From contig JBHGNT010000012.1 in the NCBI GenBank assembly GCA_043228905.1, positions 7,688,001 through 7,752,000 of the forward strand: 64,000 nt of DNA, in the 5' to 3' direction. Source of the DNA: Azolla caroliniana (taxonomy: Eukaryota > Plantae > Polypodiophyta). Shown here piece by piece: positions 11,818-23,250 of this stretch (the first letter of the stretch is position 1; the number at the start of each line of letters is the position of its first letter). Below the pieces are notes generated by a model that saw only the letters and a list, made by a program, of their open reading frames with translations, was not told the DNA's origin and searched no databases. The translations under genes and the position numbers were made by a program.

Positions 11818-13885
11818 CCAAGCCGGTAAGGAGGAGCACGAGCCGGCAACCGGGGAGAGCAAAACGACGGCAAACCATCACGATGCCGACAAGATTCTTC
11901 ATGCGGGTAAGGGTCCGTTAGGACCGGAGAAAATTTAACCACACAATTAATTTAAAAAATAAATAAATAAATAAAATCGAATGGAATCAAAGAAATCATG
12001 CAAAGGAGTGGTGGAAACGGCCATGCAAACGAGGAGTAAAGAGGCACTTCGAAAAGGTACGAGGAGGCTATGAATAGGGCATTAAAACACCACCACATGG
12101 CACGTAATGCTATTATAGTACACGACTTGCACACGAGTAGGCTCGAAAAAGGCGCCAAGATGCAGAGAAAAAAACCTGCACGCACCGAGACCTTCTTCTT
12201 TCGCGAACCAAGGAGAACAGACGCGTGAAGATCAATCGAAGAGAGCTTGCGCACAGAGAACCCCCTCACTCAGAACTTTCTCTCTCACACTCTCACCACT
12301 GTCAAACCTCCCCAACGCTCTCCGACCTCGACGCAGAGATGGATTGCCAAACATTGTCTGAAGCCGCCAAGAAATGGTTACGACAACACCGACTAGAGGG
12401 TTTCTTGACGATCATGGAGGCGGCGCCACACAAGGAGGCCGAAACAATTATCAAAGAAATCGACACAGAGTTGATCACGGAGAAGGCAATCCGTGCGTTA
12501 ACAGGCCTTCCAGAGGGGGGCATCTACACGATCGACAATCCTACCTCCAAGCAGCTCATCAAATATTTCGGTGAGTATTCTCTCGCCAGTAAGGGCTACA
12601 GGACACATGGCGGCGAATATATGTTATTCCGCGAAATTGCCCGTGTACTCCATGAGTTCGGCCACGTATACCCTCGACCCCCCGTTATGCCTCAAAACCG
12701 AGCAGGCTTGATTATCGCAACGAACGAAGGGGTCAAGGTAGATTGGCCGGTGTTGATCGCCGACGGATTGTGCGTGGCTATTGATACTGTAAGAGGTAAG
12801 GAAGGCAAAGAAGGCCGGAAAATATGGCATGCGGTGACGCAATGGCTCACCCTATTGGCGCCACCTATCGAGCCCGTCCAAACCAAGAAACGGGGAAGAG
12901 CAACGGATGGCACCCCGAAACCTGCTTCAAAACGGCAACAGATGTTGGCCTCCAAGGCCACTAAGGGGAAGACGGCCGACGCAGAAAAGGCGACAAAGGA
13001 GCACGCCAACCAGAAGCGGCTGACGGACACGCACGAGGAGACACCGGCACGACCCCTAAAGAGCCCACCCCACCGACCGGTGCAGCAAGAAACGGACACC
13101 CTGGCGGCAAGAATGAATGTCGGGACTCAGGAGGAGGAAACGGAGGAAGAGCCTACGAAGCACCTCCAGCGGCGGCCGGCGAAGAGAACCTCAGAATCAG
13201 CCATGAAGCGTTCGGACCCACAGAAGGATGGAACGCCTGCAACCCACACTGAGACTCCCACACCAAGGGAGGCACCGGAACCGGTTCAAAGGGAACCGGT
13301 CATAGAAGTCCCTGCACAACATGCAGCATCGGCAAGCCCCGTAACTCAAGAGCTGGTTATACAAATACCAACCTCCTCAGCCGGCCAAGAACAAGCAGAA
13401 CAAGTGCGGTAGCCCAAAACACAACCGGAACCTGAACGACAAAGTGGTCAGCAGGTAGAGCCGGAATTGCCGCCTGACACAAAAAGGCGGGACTAGCCAC
13501 CGGCAAGTGAACCCATCAGCCAACACACCGTGCAGATGCAACAACAGGGCACCGGCAGCCAATGGCTCCGATGGATAGGGGAACAAATTGCCAGAGTAAT
13601 CGGATACATAGAGGTGGAAGAAAGAGCGCAAACAGAACAGTTGCTAGTCACAACCGATGAACTAGAGACGGCCCGGTCAAGGATCCGGTGCCTCGAACAA
13701 GACTTGGATCAGGTCATAGAAGACATGGCCAAAATGGCCTTAACCACAACACAGATCCAAACACTGGTGACTCCGGTAGATGTACATACGGATAAGACCT
13801 CAAAGATAGAAACTGTTCCGGAGAAAGATGCAGCGCAAGCCCAAGAGCTTGCCGACTTAAGAGACGAACTTGCCGCACAAGAAGC

Positions 13886-14506
13886 TGTTGGGAAATCGAC
13901 ACTTCGATTCACCTTCACCACTTGGCCACAACCAAGTAAGCGCAAATCAATGGAGCAGAAAATAGGAACCACAAAGAGAAACAAAAACGCGAACACACAG
14001 GGATTAACGTGGAAAACCCTAGACGGGAAAAACCACGGGAGTACAAGACTCCAAACCAACACTATACAGAGAAGTATACAATGGCGAGCTGCAAGGCGAC
14101 GACCTTGAGCTCGCTGTCCTCGCCACAGGAGGCGGAAATACAAAGAGGCGTCGTCCTCTTCCTCTCTCGCGCTCTATCTCTCTCTCTCTCTCTCTCTCTC
14201 ACGGTTGCTCCCTCTTCACTCCTCTTGAGTGGAAAAACAGAAAAATGATGAGCAACAAGAAAACTGTTTGCCCTAAGTCATATTTATACATATATGACTT
14301 TGGGGCTATTTACAACTATAGCCTCAGGGGCCCATAGCGAACATATTCACGGATATGTCCCTGCATCCGGATCGCTCTCCGGGTACATTCGTCATCCGGC
14401 ACCGAAGCCGGGGTCTTCAACATCCGGATCCAAAACCGAAACCAGGCTCGTCGGCATTCATCTCCGACATCCGACCATCCCATCCGAAGGGATCGTAATC
14501 CCAACA
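13886..14506 (-). repeat. 3' LTR of copia-B1
   Basis: TGTTGG..CCAACA, direct repeat of 18621-19241, adjacent to the PPT. Confidence 0.95.
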
Positions 14507-14516
14507 AACTCCCCCT

Positions 14517-17500
14517 TCACTTCGGCATGGGATGTCTCTCCAATCCGATCCTCTTCCGGCATGCTTCCAGCTTGTCAGGTGTGAGCACTTTGGTCAGCAT
14601 ATCTGAGCCATTTTCGTCCGTGTGGATCTTCGTCAGCACGAACTCCTGGTCTTCTATCCTTTCCCGGATCCAGTGATATCTTCGCTGGATGTGCTTCGTC
14701 CGGGAGTGATAGGCCGCGTTCTTCGCAAGGTGGATGGCACTCTGACTGTCGCAGTAGAGTCGGTACTCCTCCTGCCGGATACCGAGCTCTCTAATGAAGT
14801 CCTTCATCCATATTATTTCCTTGCCGGCTTCAACAGCCGCCATGTACTCCGCCTCCGTGGTTGACAGTGCAACCGTCTTCTGCAGCCTCGACTGCCATGA
14901 AACAGCTCCCCCTGCATACGTCATCACATACCCTGATGTGGACCGGCTGGTATCTGCATCAGCCGACATATCCGAATCGGTAAAGCCGTCGAGTTCGGGC
15001 TTACCGGAGCCGAATCGGAGGCACACGTTTGCCGTGCCCTTCAGGTATCGGAGTATCCACTTGGCCGCGTTCCAATGCTCTTTGCCGGGATTGCTCATGT
15101 ACCGGCTCACCACTCCGACTGCATATCCGATGTCCGGTCTCGTACACACCATGGCGTACATCAAGCTCCCGACGGCTGAGGCATATGGCACTTTCATCAT
15201 ATCCTCCTTTTCAGCCTTTGTCTTGGGACTTTGCTTGTTGGACAGCTTGCAGTTTGCCGGGAGGGTCGATCCGACCGGTCTTGCTTCCGACATGTTGAAC
15301 CGGTGAAGCACCTTCGTCACGTACTTCTCCTGTGACAGCCACAACTACTTCTTCTTCCGGTCCCGGATGATGTGCATCCCTAGTATTTGCCTCGCCGGAC
15401 CCAGGTCCTTCATTGAGAAGGTTCGGTGAAGAGCCTTCTTCAGCATCCGTATCTTGACCTGGTCCCGTCCGACGATCAACATGTCGTCCACGTACAGGAG
15501 GAGTATTAGAAAGTCTCCTCCTTCGAACTTCTTCACAAACACGCAGTGGTCGGACTGCGTTTTGAGGTACCCTTCGTCGGTCATGAAGGAGTCGAACTTC
15601 CGGTACCATTGCCGGGGAGCCTGCTTCAGTCCGTAAAGGCTCTTCTTCAACCGGCATACCAGGTGCTCCTTCCCTTTCTTCTCGAATCCTTCCGGTTGCT
15701 GCATGTAGATCTCTTCATCGAGGTCACCGTGAAGGAATGCCGTCTTCACGTCCATCTGTTCTACCTCGAGGTCCATGCTTGCCGCTATGCTCAGCACCGT
15801 CCGGATGGAGGTCATCTTCACTACCGGGGCAAATATCTCGTCGAAGTCGACGCCCTTCTTCTGCTGAAACCCCTTCACCACGATCCTGGCTTTGTATCTC
15901 GGGGGGTTTCCGGCATCTCCCGGTTTCAGCTTGAACACCCACTTGTTTCGAAGTGCCCGCTTTCCTTTCGGCAACTCCACAAGTTCATATGTGTGGTTCT
16001 CATGCAGGGAATCCATCTCGTCCTGCATGGCACTCAACCACCTGCGGCTCTGGGTGTCATGTTTTGCTTCTTCAAAGCTCTCCGGCTCCCCCTCGTCGGT
16101 TAGCAGCACGTGCTCTGGTTCCGGAAATCTCTGGGGGGCCCTTCTCTCTCTTAGAGGATATCTCCGTTCCGGAGCTTCGGTAATCGGTTCTTCCGATTCT
16201 TCTTCATCCGAATCCATTTCGGGATCGGGGCCGGTTCCGGTATCATTTTCATCTTCTTCGGCCGGTTCTGTTTCTTCACCGTCTTCGGCCGGATCCTCGA
16301 GTGCTAACCGGTCCCTTGCCGGTCGGGACTGCTCCTCGTAGAGTTGATCCTCACCGGTCGACTTGGAGCTCTTCATCTTCTTCTCCGACTCCCAGTCGGC
16401 GAGTGTCTTGTCCTCCATGAAGATGATGTCTCGACTCCTGAATATCTTCTTGTCGACCGGGTCCCATACTCGGTAGCCGAACTCGTCGTCGCCGTAACCG
16501 AGGAATATGCATGGCCGGGTCTTTGGATCTAGCTTTCCTCTCCGGTCCTTTGCCACATGCACGTATGCGAGACACCCGAACACCTTCAGATGCCGGTAGG
16601 ACACTTCCTTACCGGTCCACACTTTCTGCGGCGTGTCTCCGTCCAAAGGTACTGAGGGTGATCTGTTTATCACGTATGTCGCCGTCGACATTGCCTCAGC
16701 CCAAAACCCCTTGGGTAATTTCGCGTGTGCCAGCATACTCCGGACCCTCTCCATTATGGTCCGGTTCATCCTCTCGGCCAGCCCGTTCAGTTCCGGCGTC
16801 TTCGGCACAGTAAACTCGAGTCGGATTCCCTTCGAGCGACAGTACTCCTGGAACTGCCCCCGGTATTCCCCTCCGTTATCCGCTCGTATCGCTTTCAGCT
16901 TCTTGCCGGATTCCCTTTCCACTCTCGCGTGGAGTTCCTTGAAGACGCACAACACTTGGTCCTTTGTCTTCAACGGTGCCGTCCACAGCTTCCGGCTGTG
17001 ATCATCAATGAATGTTACGAAGTACTGGGCTCCGCCATGTGACTTCGTTTCTACCTGACACACATCAGTGTGCACCAACTCCAATGGTGCGCTACATCTC
17101 GTCGGTGGCCTTGAGTGGAAAGAGGTTCGGTTCTGCTTACCGGCCAGGCAATCGGTGCACTTCTCCAGGTGCACATGCTTCACTGGAATAAGGTTGTCTT
17201 CTGCAAGCCTCTTCATCCCCTTCTCACTCATGTGGCACAGTCTTTTGTGCCACAGCTCACCGGCAGTGTCGGCTGCCACATTCAGCTCTTCCGGACATAA
17301 CCGGGCATTCATCAGGTACAGTGTGTTGTCTTTCCGGGCCCGAGCCACTATCAGGCTCCCCTTGCTGAACTTCATTACGCCGTTCCGGATGCTACCTGTG
17401 TAGCCTTCATCGTCTAGCCTCCCGGCCGAAATCAGGTTCAATCGAACCTCCGGAACGTGTCGGACATCCTTCAGCAGCATTTTGCATCCGGTCGGGGTTG

Positions 17501-18590
17501 TCAACCACACGTCTCCTATGCCGGAAATCCGGCACGTACCTTCATTCCCCATCCGAACACAGCCATGCTCACCAGCTGTGTAGGATGAGAAGTATCTTCT
17601 CTCCGGGGTCAGGTGGAACGATGCTCCGGAATCGACCACCCAGGTCGTCTCATCGCCGGCAATGTTTAGTTCACCTTCTTCGGTGATGAGCATGATTTCT
17701 TCCTCACTTGCCGCGAGTGCCGTTGTTCCTTTCCGGTCCTGCCCTCGCCGATCCGAACCTCTCCGGTCCGTGGCTCCCCGGTATGCACCGTTTCTCTCCG
17801 GTGACTTCTTCGAATCGGTGTCGTCGGCTCCGTTGTCTTTTCGGTAATGCCGACAATTCTTTCGGAAGTGCCCCGGCTTCCCACAGTGGAAGCATGTGGG
17901 CCTTCCTCTTGACTGCGACCGGGTCCCCGACTTCTCCCGTCTTTGCGGACTCCGGTTCCATTGTCTTCCCCGATCCGATTCGGTAAGCAGCGCCTTCGAG
18001 TCGGAGGCCGGTTCTTTATCTCTCCGACGCGCTTCTTCGTTCAAAATACTTGTCTTTACCGTTTGTAAGGACAAGTTATCTTCGGTGCAGGAGGTGCTGA
18101 GAGTCACCACCAAGTTCTCCCAGCTTTCCGGCAATGTACACATCAGGATGATGGCTTGCATTGCATCCTCCAACGGGAACTTGATCGCCGCAAGCTGATT
18201 CACGAATCCCATGAACGTGCTTACGTGTTCCACCATACTCTCGCCGTCCCGGTACTTGAGATTCACTATCTTCCTCATCAGGGAGGTCCGGTTCAACGCA
18301 TTCTTCCTCTCGTAGAGGCCCGACAGCTTCTTCCACATCTCATATGCGTTGGTGTCGTTCGCCACATGTTGTAGGACGCTTACATCGACATATTGTCGGA
18401 TCGTCGCTACGGCTTTCCGGTTCAGGAGTTTCCACTCCGACTCAAGTACCCCCTTCGGTATTTCCGACCTGTCAATCGGTTCGTACAGGTCCCGAACAAT
18501 CAGAAGATCCTCCATCTTGATCTTCCAGTCGGCGTAATTCTGCGCATTCAGCACCATCATCCCCGGCTGCCCGCTGCCGCCGCCTTCCAT
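14517..18590 (-). CDS. pol: copia gag-pol polyprotein (gag, CCHC, PR, INT, RT, RNase H) with a single premature TAG at 15345-15347
   Basis: ATG at 18590 just after the PBS. Motifs CFHCGKPGHFRKNC, VVDSGAS, LWHKRLCH, YKARIV, QMDVKTAFLHG, LYVDDML, DSQSAI. The sister copy has CAG (KKKQLWL) at the stop position. Confidence 0.92.
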
Positions 18591-18620
18591 TTTCTGCAGC
18601 AGTTCGCTCTGATACCAGAT

Positions 18621-19241
18621 TGTTGGGAAATCGACACTTCGATTCACCTTCACCACTCGGCCACAACCGAGTAAGCGCAAATCAATGGAGCAGAAAATAG
18701 GAACCACAAAGAGAAACAAAAACGCGAACACACAGGGATTAACGTGGAAAACCCTAGACGGGAAAAACCACGGGAGTACAAGACTCCAAACCAACACTAT
18801 ACAGAGAAGTATACAATGGCGAGCTGCAAGGCGACGACCTTGAGCTCGCTGTCCTCGCCACAGGAGGCGGAAATACAAAGAGGCGTCGTCCTCTTCCTCT
18901 CTCGCGCTCTATCTCTCTCTCTCTCTCTCTCTCTCACGGCTGCTCCCTCTTCACTCCTCTTGAGTGGAAAAACAGAAAAATGATGAGCAACAAGAAAACT
19001 GTTTGCCCTAAGTCATATTTATACATATATGACTTTGGGGCTATTTACAACTATAGCCTCAGGGGCCCATAGCGAACATATTCACGGATATGTCCCTGCA
19101 TCCGGATCGCTCTCCGGGTACATTCGTCATCCGGCACCGAAGCCGGGGTCTTCAACATCCGGATCCGAAACCGAAACCGGGCTCGTCGGCATTCATCTCC
19201 GACATCCGACCATCCCATCCGAAGGGATCGTAATCCCAACA
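18621..19241 (-). repeat. 5' LTR of copia-B1
   Basis: TGTTGG..CCAACA, adjacent to the PBS. Confidence 0.95.
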
Positions 19242-20564
19242 GAAGCATTACGAAGCCGCGAACGCAACTTGAAGAAGGCGGCCGAAGAAGAATTAAAGAA
19301 GACCATTGAGAACCTCCGCCGGGCAAAGGGAAACCTGCGTAAAGGACATCATGCTTACGACCAGCTAAAGGAGGAAAAAGAGAAATTGTTGCAGGAGAAA
19401 GACAAGTTGCGACGGATGGCGGAGACGGAAATCGAAAGGCTGAAGGAAGAACTCCATCAACAGAAGGATCGGGAGGACCACGCGCGCCGGTAGATCAACC
19501 AGAGGCTGAAGCAGAAGACCGATGATTTTGATCATCTGCACCGGGACTACAAGTAGCTGGAGGCAGAGTATAAGCAACAGCAGGAAAGGATGGCCGAGCT
19601 CCGGTAAGAAGTTGATAGGGCCACAACGGCACTCGCCAACGAACGAGTTGAGAGTTCAAAGCTATTGGAGGAAGCGGCGATGGACCGGATGGAGCTCCAC
19701 AAGCAGAACCATGAAGAAAAGGAAAGGGCGACAATGGTGTTACAGAGGTTGCAAACAACCTATCAAAGTCAATTGTCGCATTATAGGGAGCAGGAGGCAG
19801 ACACGGTCAGAATCATCAAGCAATTGAAAGAGGAGCGACAAGCCACGGAGATCAAATCACAGATGGGAACCGAACGGATCCAGTGCATCCTCCGGGCAAG
19901 GCTCACCAAGACCAAACGCTTGATTGACGAGAGCTCTGTGCAATGGTGGACGAAATGGGCGCAGAATACAGCGGAACTCCAATTGCTCAGGGCGGACGTG
20001 GAAAACCGGCGGAAGGAAGGTGATGATTGTTATACGCTGACATCGGAGGACTTCACCGCCATAAGGGATGAGTTGGCCGAAGATTTCACAGCCTTGGTGG
20101 ATGAACAATTGGTGCAGGTCCGACAGCTCATAGCTCAACTGGACGACGATCGGCTGGAGGCTCAAATCTAGTTTGAGAGCTATGAGCGGTCCCGGCTTCG
20201 GGAAGAAAAAGCAAGGAAGGCGGCAACGGTCAACCTTAGTGATGAGGAACCGTCGCCAGTACAAGGACCAAACGGGGACCATGCCGGGATCAATCAGCCA
20301 GCGACAACTCCGACGGAGGAGACAACGAAGGAAACATCGGTGCCAGAGCAACAAACGGAGCAGCAGCCCCAAATTGAGAAGGCACAAACAGAGCAGCCAC
20401 AAACGGAACAGTAGCCACAGTAGCAGCAGCTAAAGCAGCAACAACAGATTCCCAACGAGCCATTGGAAATTCTGGAGCAAAGCATTCTGGATATTTTGGA
20501 CGAAGAGTAGCAGGGCCGGATAATGGGTTCAACGTACAAGGTACTGTCCCACGGGCGTGCCATG

Positions 20565-21000
20565 TGTTACCCGGCCAGCAAGAAGGCTTAAGGATGTCCA
20601 GACCAGACTGTGAAAGGAATAGTTTATTCGGGAACTGTTGTAATTATTTTATTAATATGGACGGATGGACCGGAATCGGTATGCCGATCCGGATCCGGAC
20701 CGATTCCAAATAGGTGCCGGTTGGCACCGTTTTGTACTTCGCACCGGAGACCTATATAAAGGCCCAGTTACAATGTAATTAACAGCGGATAATTAATAAA
20801 ACTTATTGCCTTAACCTTTCAGTATTGATTACCGTTCTGTGCTTATTGTATATCTTACGCGTGTTAAGGATGCATTGTTAAGTAACCAATTAAGGTCTAA
20901 TTAAGCATTGTGTCACAAGTCATCTTGCCGTAACACCCTTTGGTGAAGTGTCTTAAGTGGACACCTTGTGTTAGGCTGTTGTTCGGCCCGAGGATTAACA
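20565..21000 (+). repeat. 3' LTR of Athila-like copy 1
   Basis: Direct repeat of 5537-5972, followed by TSD AAAAG. Confidence 0.95.
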
Positions 21001-21005
21001 AAAAG

Positions 21006-21250
21006 GAGAGAGAGAGAGAGAGAGAGAGATGATGATAACAGATGATATATTATATGAAGAGTAAGTACAAAACAGCTATGAGGCTTAAGACTGGAGTTGA
21101 ACCAATTTGGTTCAAAATAATGCCTTGTGCCTCCTTTTATAGTGCCCTCAGGAGTAGTCCTGAAGCTTTTAGAATGTTCTATAGAAATCTAGAATATACA
21201 TTAACTTTCAATAGTAAAACTTAAATGAACATGATATTTTACGTATTACA
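21006..21250 (-). repeat. U3/R part of the 5' LTR of the Tcn1/Tf1-like element
   Basis: Continues the GA-rich host sequence interrupted at 5536 and ends ...tattaca (TG start on minus). Minus-strand TATAAAA at 21141-21135. Confidence 0.7.
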
Positions 21251-21255
21251 ATAGA

Positions 21256-21310
21256 TAGTGTAATGGTCAAGAGCTCGACCCATATAACATAAGGGCATGG
21301 GTTCGAGTCT
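21256..21310 (+). promoter_or_regulatory. tRNA-like Pol III type-2 promoter (A box and B box)
   Basis: TAGTGTAATGG at 21256 and GGTTCGAGTC at 21300, 44 nt apart as in tRNA. No complete cloverleaf. Confidence 0.6.
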
Positions 21311-21322
21311 TGCCATATCATG

Positions 21323-21568
21323 GCACTGCCACTACAACCTCCCTTACGCCACCGCTCCCGAGTTGACTACCATCGAGATGCCGAAGAAGTTGATGTATAA
21401 GGAATCGAAGGGGAACAAAATACTCCTTGGTTTGCACCAAGATAAACGTGAACTCTACACCTCTCTATATATCCTTATTAGGCCTAACCATTAGGCTACT
21501 ATACATGACTTTATGAGATGTGTGTGGAACCTCACTCTTTCTCACACTGAACACGCCACACCACGACA
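21323..21568 (-). repeat. internally deleted LTR remnant of the TGTCGTG-terminus family
   Basis: Matches 2965-3050 joined to 3360-3552 and ends ccacgaca. Confidence 0.75.
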
Positions 21569-22935
21569 TTGTGTGCTCACCGTCTGACATCCCATCATCT
21601 ATATGGAGTGGATACGTGTCCAGAAAACCTTCTTCGCACACCGGCTCCTTGGTCCGAGATCCCGGTGCTCCCGCCCTGTTTCAACACAAACCCGTGGATA
21701 TACGCGACATATTTGGTCTTGGAAAAGCGAGCGCAATTCGGGGAATGACTAAGGGTTGAAATGCCCTAATCGATGGAGATGGTCAGAGGGAAGGTGGCCG
21801 ACAAAGGTGGCCAAGGACGAAGCCGCGGGAAAATTCGATGGAGAGGTGAAAAGTGGCAAGAGAGGAAGAGTCGGTATTCCGGCCCGAATGGAAGAAGACT
21901 CGGAAGGGAGTCGGTTGACCGAACTCGACCGAGACGACACATGATTCGACCGGCATCAATCGGCCGAAACCGATCCGGTGGCTGACCCAGTTGAACCCGA
22001 TTGATCGAACCCATTTTGGCCGAATGCAAAGATGGACGGGTCGACAAGCCGGTTGATCACCATTGCCGAAATCTCACCTCTTCCCCTATATTGGCACATA
22101 CTTGAGGATATGTGGTTTGGTGGGGGTGCATGTCGTGAATATTTTCGGCAATGGTGAGAAAATCGGGTACAACGAATAAAACGAGGATGTGCAACGACTT
22201 GCACGTGCACATGAGAAAATATGTATAGAAATAAGAAAGGGGAGGAATATAGGGCCTCCCACATTGTAACATCCCTCTCTCCTTGAACTATAAAAGGAGG
22301 TGAGGGGCCTCTTATTAAGGGGGTCACCCATTTTGAGTTAGGAGGGTGTACCATGTAGATCTAGGGTTTGGTAGTTTCTTCTTCTTCTTAGGGTTTCTAC
22401 TCCGGTCTTCTTTACCCTATTTCGTTTTAGGGTTTCATTTTAGGTCTTCTTCGTTGTTGTCTCATGGGTTTAATTCCTTCTTTTGAGTGGAGGTTTAGTG
22501 TTCCGTTTTCGTTCTACATCTTGTGAGAGTTCGTGGGAGATTTAGGGTTTCCGATTTTCTTCGTGTGAGTTAGGGTTTATGCGGTTTAGGGTTTCGGTGT
22601 TACTATCTTCTTCTTTTTCATGTGAGAGTTTGGTTTGGTTCAGGGTTTCTACAACGACAGCTCTTTGGCATTCCGGTGGAGGTATTTAGTGGTTCAGCTT
22701 CCTCTCCTCGATGGAGAGTGTTTCGCATGGTGGCTGGTTCGAGAAGGGAGGGCAAAGTGGCATGACAACACTCCACCGTCTTCGGGGTGTGACCAACGAT
22801 GGACGTCGCGGTCCCGGTGGCCCACTTGACTTGCCTTCGCCGGTTCCCATTCCTTAACTTGTTGTATTTAGCCGATTGTTTTGTAATATCCACCGAATTC
22901 ATGGCATGTAAGCCAATTTGTTGTAAAAACATTTG

Positions 22936-23029
<94 letters not shown>

Positions 23030-23250
23030 TGTATATTCCTCTCAAGTTTTAACCTATTTGAGTTGAGTCCCTAGTTGCGACTAACTGTCTTGTTGTACCC
23101 GTAATCTTCATCGAACGGAAACCCTACCTTCATCAATTGGGTACAGTTGGAAGCCAATTGTAGAGCGTGAGACCTCCACCATCTGACTCCCTAGTACGTG
23201 ACCCCCGTGGTCCCGCCCAAGCCGACATGCACGCGCGGATTTCCGCAACA
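21569..23250 (+). mobile_element. 3' internal remnant, PPT and 3' LTR (22131-23250) of a TGTCGTG-terminus gypsy
   Basis: LTR begins tgtcgtgaatattttcgg, like the reverse complement of the 49278 end. It ends gacccccgtggtcccgcc...ccgcaaca, like the reverse complement of 48525-48575. PPT ggtgggggtgca at 22119-22130 and TATA ctataaaagg near 22289. Confidence 0.75.
22939..23026. repeat. compound (CT)n(AT)n microsatellite
   Basis: Read directly from the sequence. Confidence 0.95.

Larger units (their letters stand above)
13886..19241 (-). mobile_element. Complete Ty1/copia (Tnt1/Tork-like) LTR retrotransposon 'copia-B1'
   Basis: 621-bp LTRs at 13886-14506 and 18621-19241 (5 differences seen). TSD GAAGC at 13881-13885 and 19242-19246. 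tRNA-iMet PBS at 18606-18617. PPT AGGGGGAGTT at 14507-14516. Confidence 0.97.
12339..20510 (+). pseudogene. accessory ORF of the Athila-like element (~936 aa reconstructed; 12339-13885 plus 19247-20510), split by the copia insertion
   Basis: All pieces (12225, 13530, 19029, 19665) join in one reading frame once the insertion is removed. N-terminal globular region (IRALTGLPEGG...VDWPVLIADGL), Pro/Glu/Gln-rich spacer and long coiled coil. Homologous ORF at 51694-55670. Confidence 0.8.
5537..21000 (+). mobile_element. Complete Athila-like (non-chromovirus) Ty3/gypsy LTR retrotransposon with an extra ORF after pol; carries a nested copia
   Basis: 436-bp LTRs at 5537-5972 and 20565-21000 (TGTTAC..TAACA, about 12 differences). 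TSD AAAAG at 5532-5536 and 21001-21005. PBS TGGCGACCAC at 5980. Domain order gag-PR-RT-RH-INT. Confidence 0.95.

Noticed and set aside
14622-18674. Numerous antisense and alternate-frame ORFs over copia pol (also 60939-63720)
   Set aside because: Shadow ORFs of GC-rich coding sequence. Their recurrence only reflects the duplicated element.
18591-18878. 96-aa hydrophobic N-terminal extension of the copia ORF
   Set aside because: It lies in the LTR and PBS. The gag-like sequence begins at ATG 18590, and the extension is not evident in the B2 LTR.
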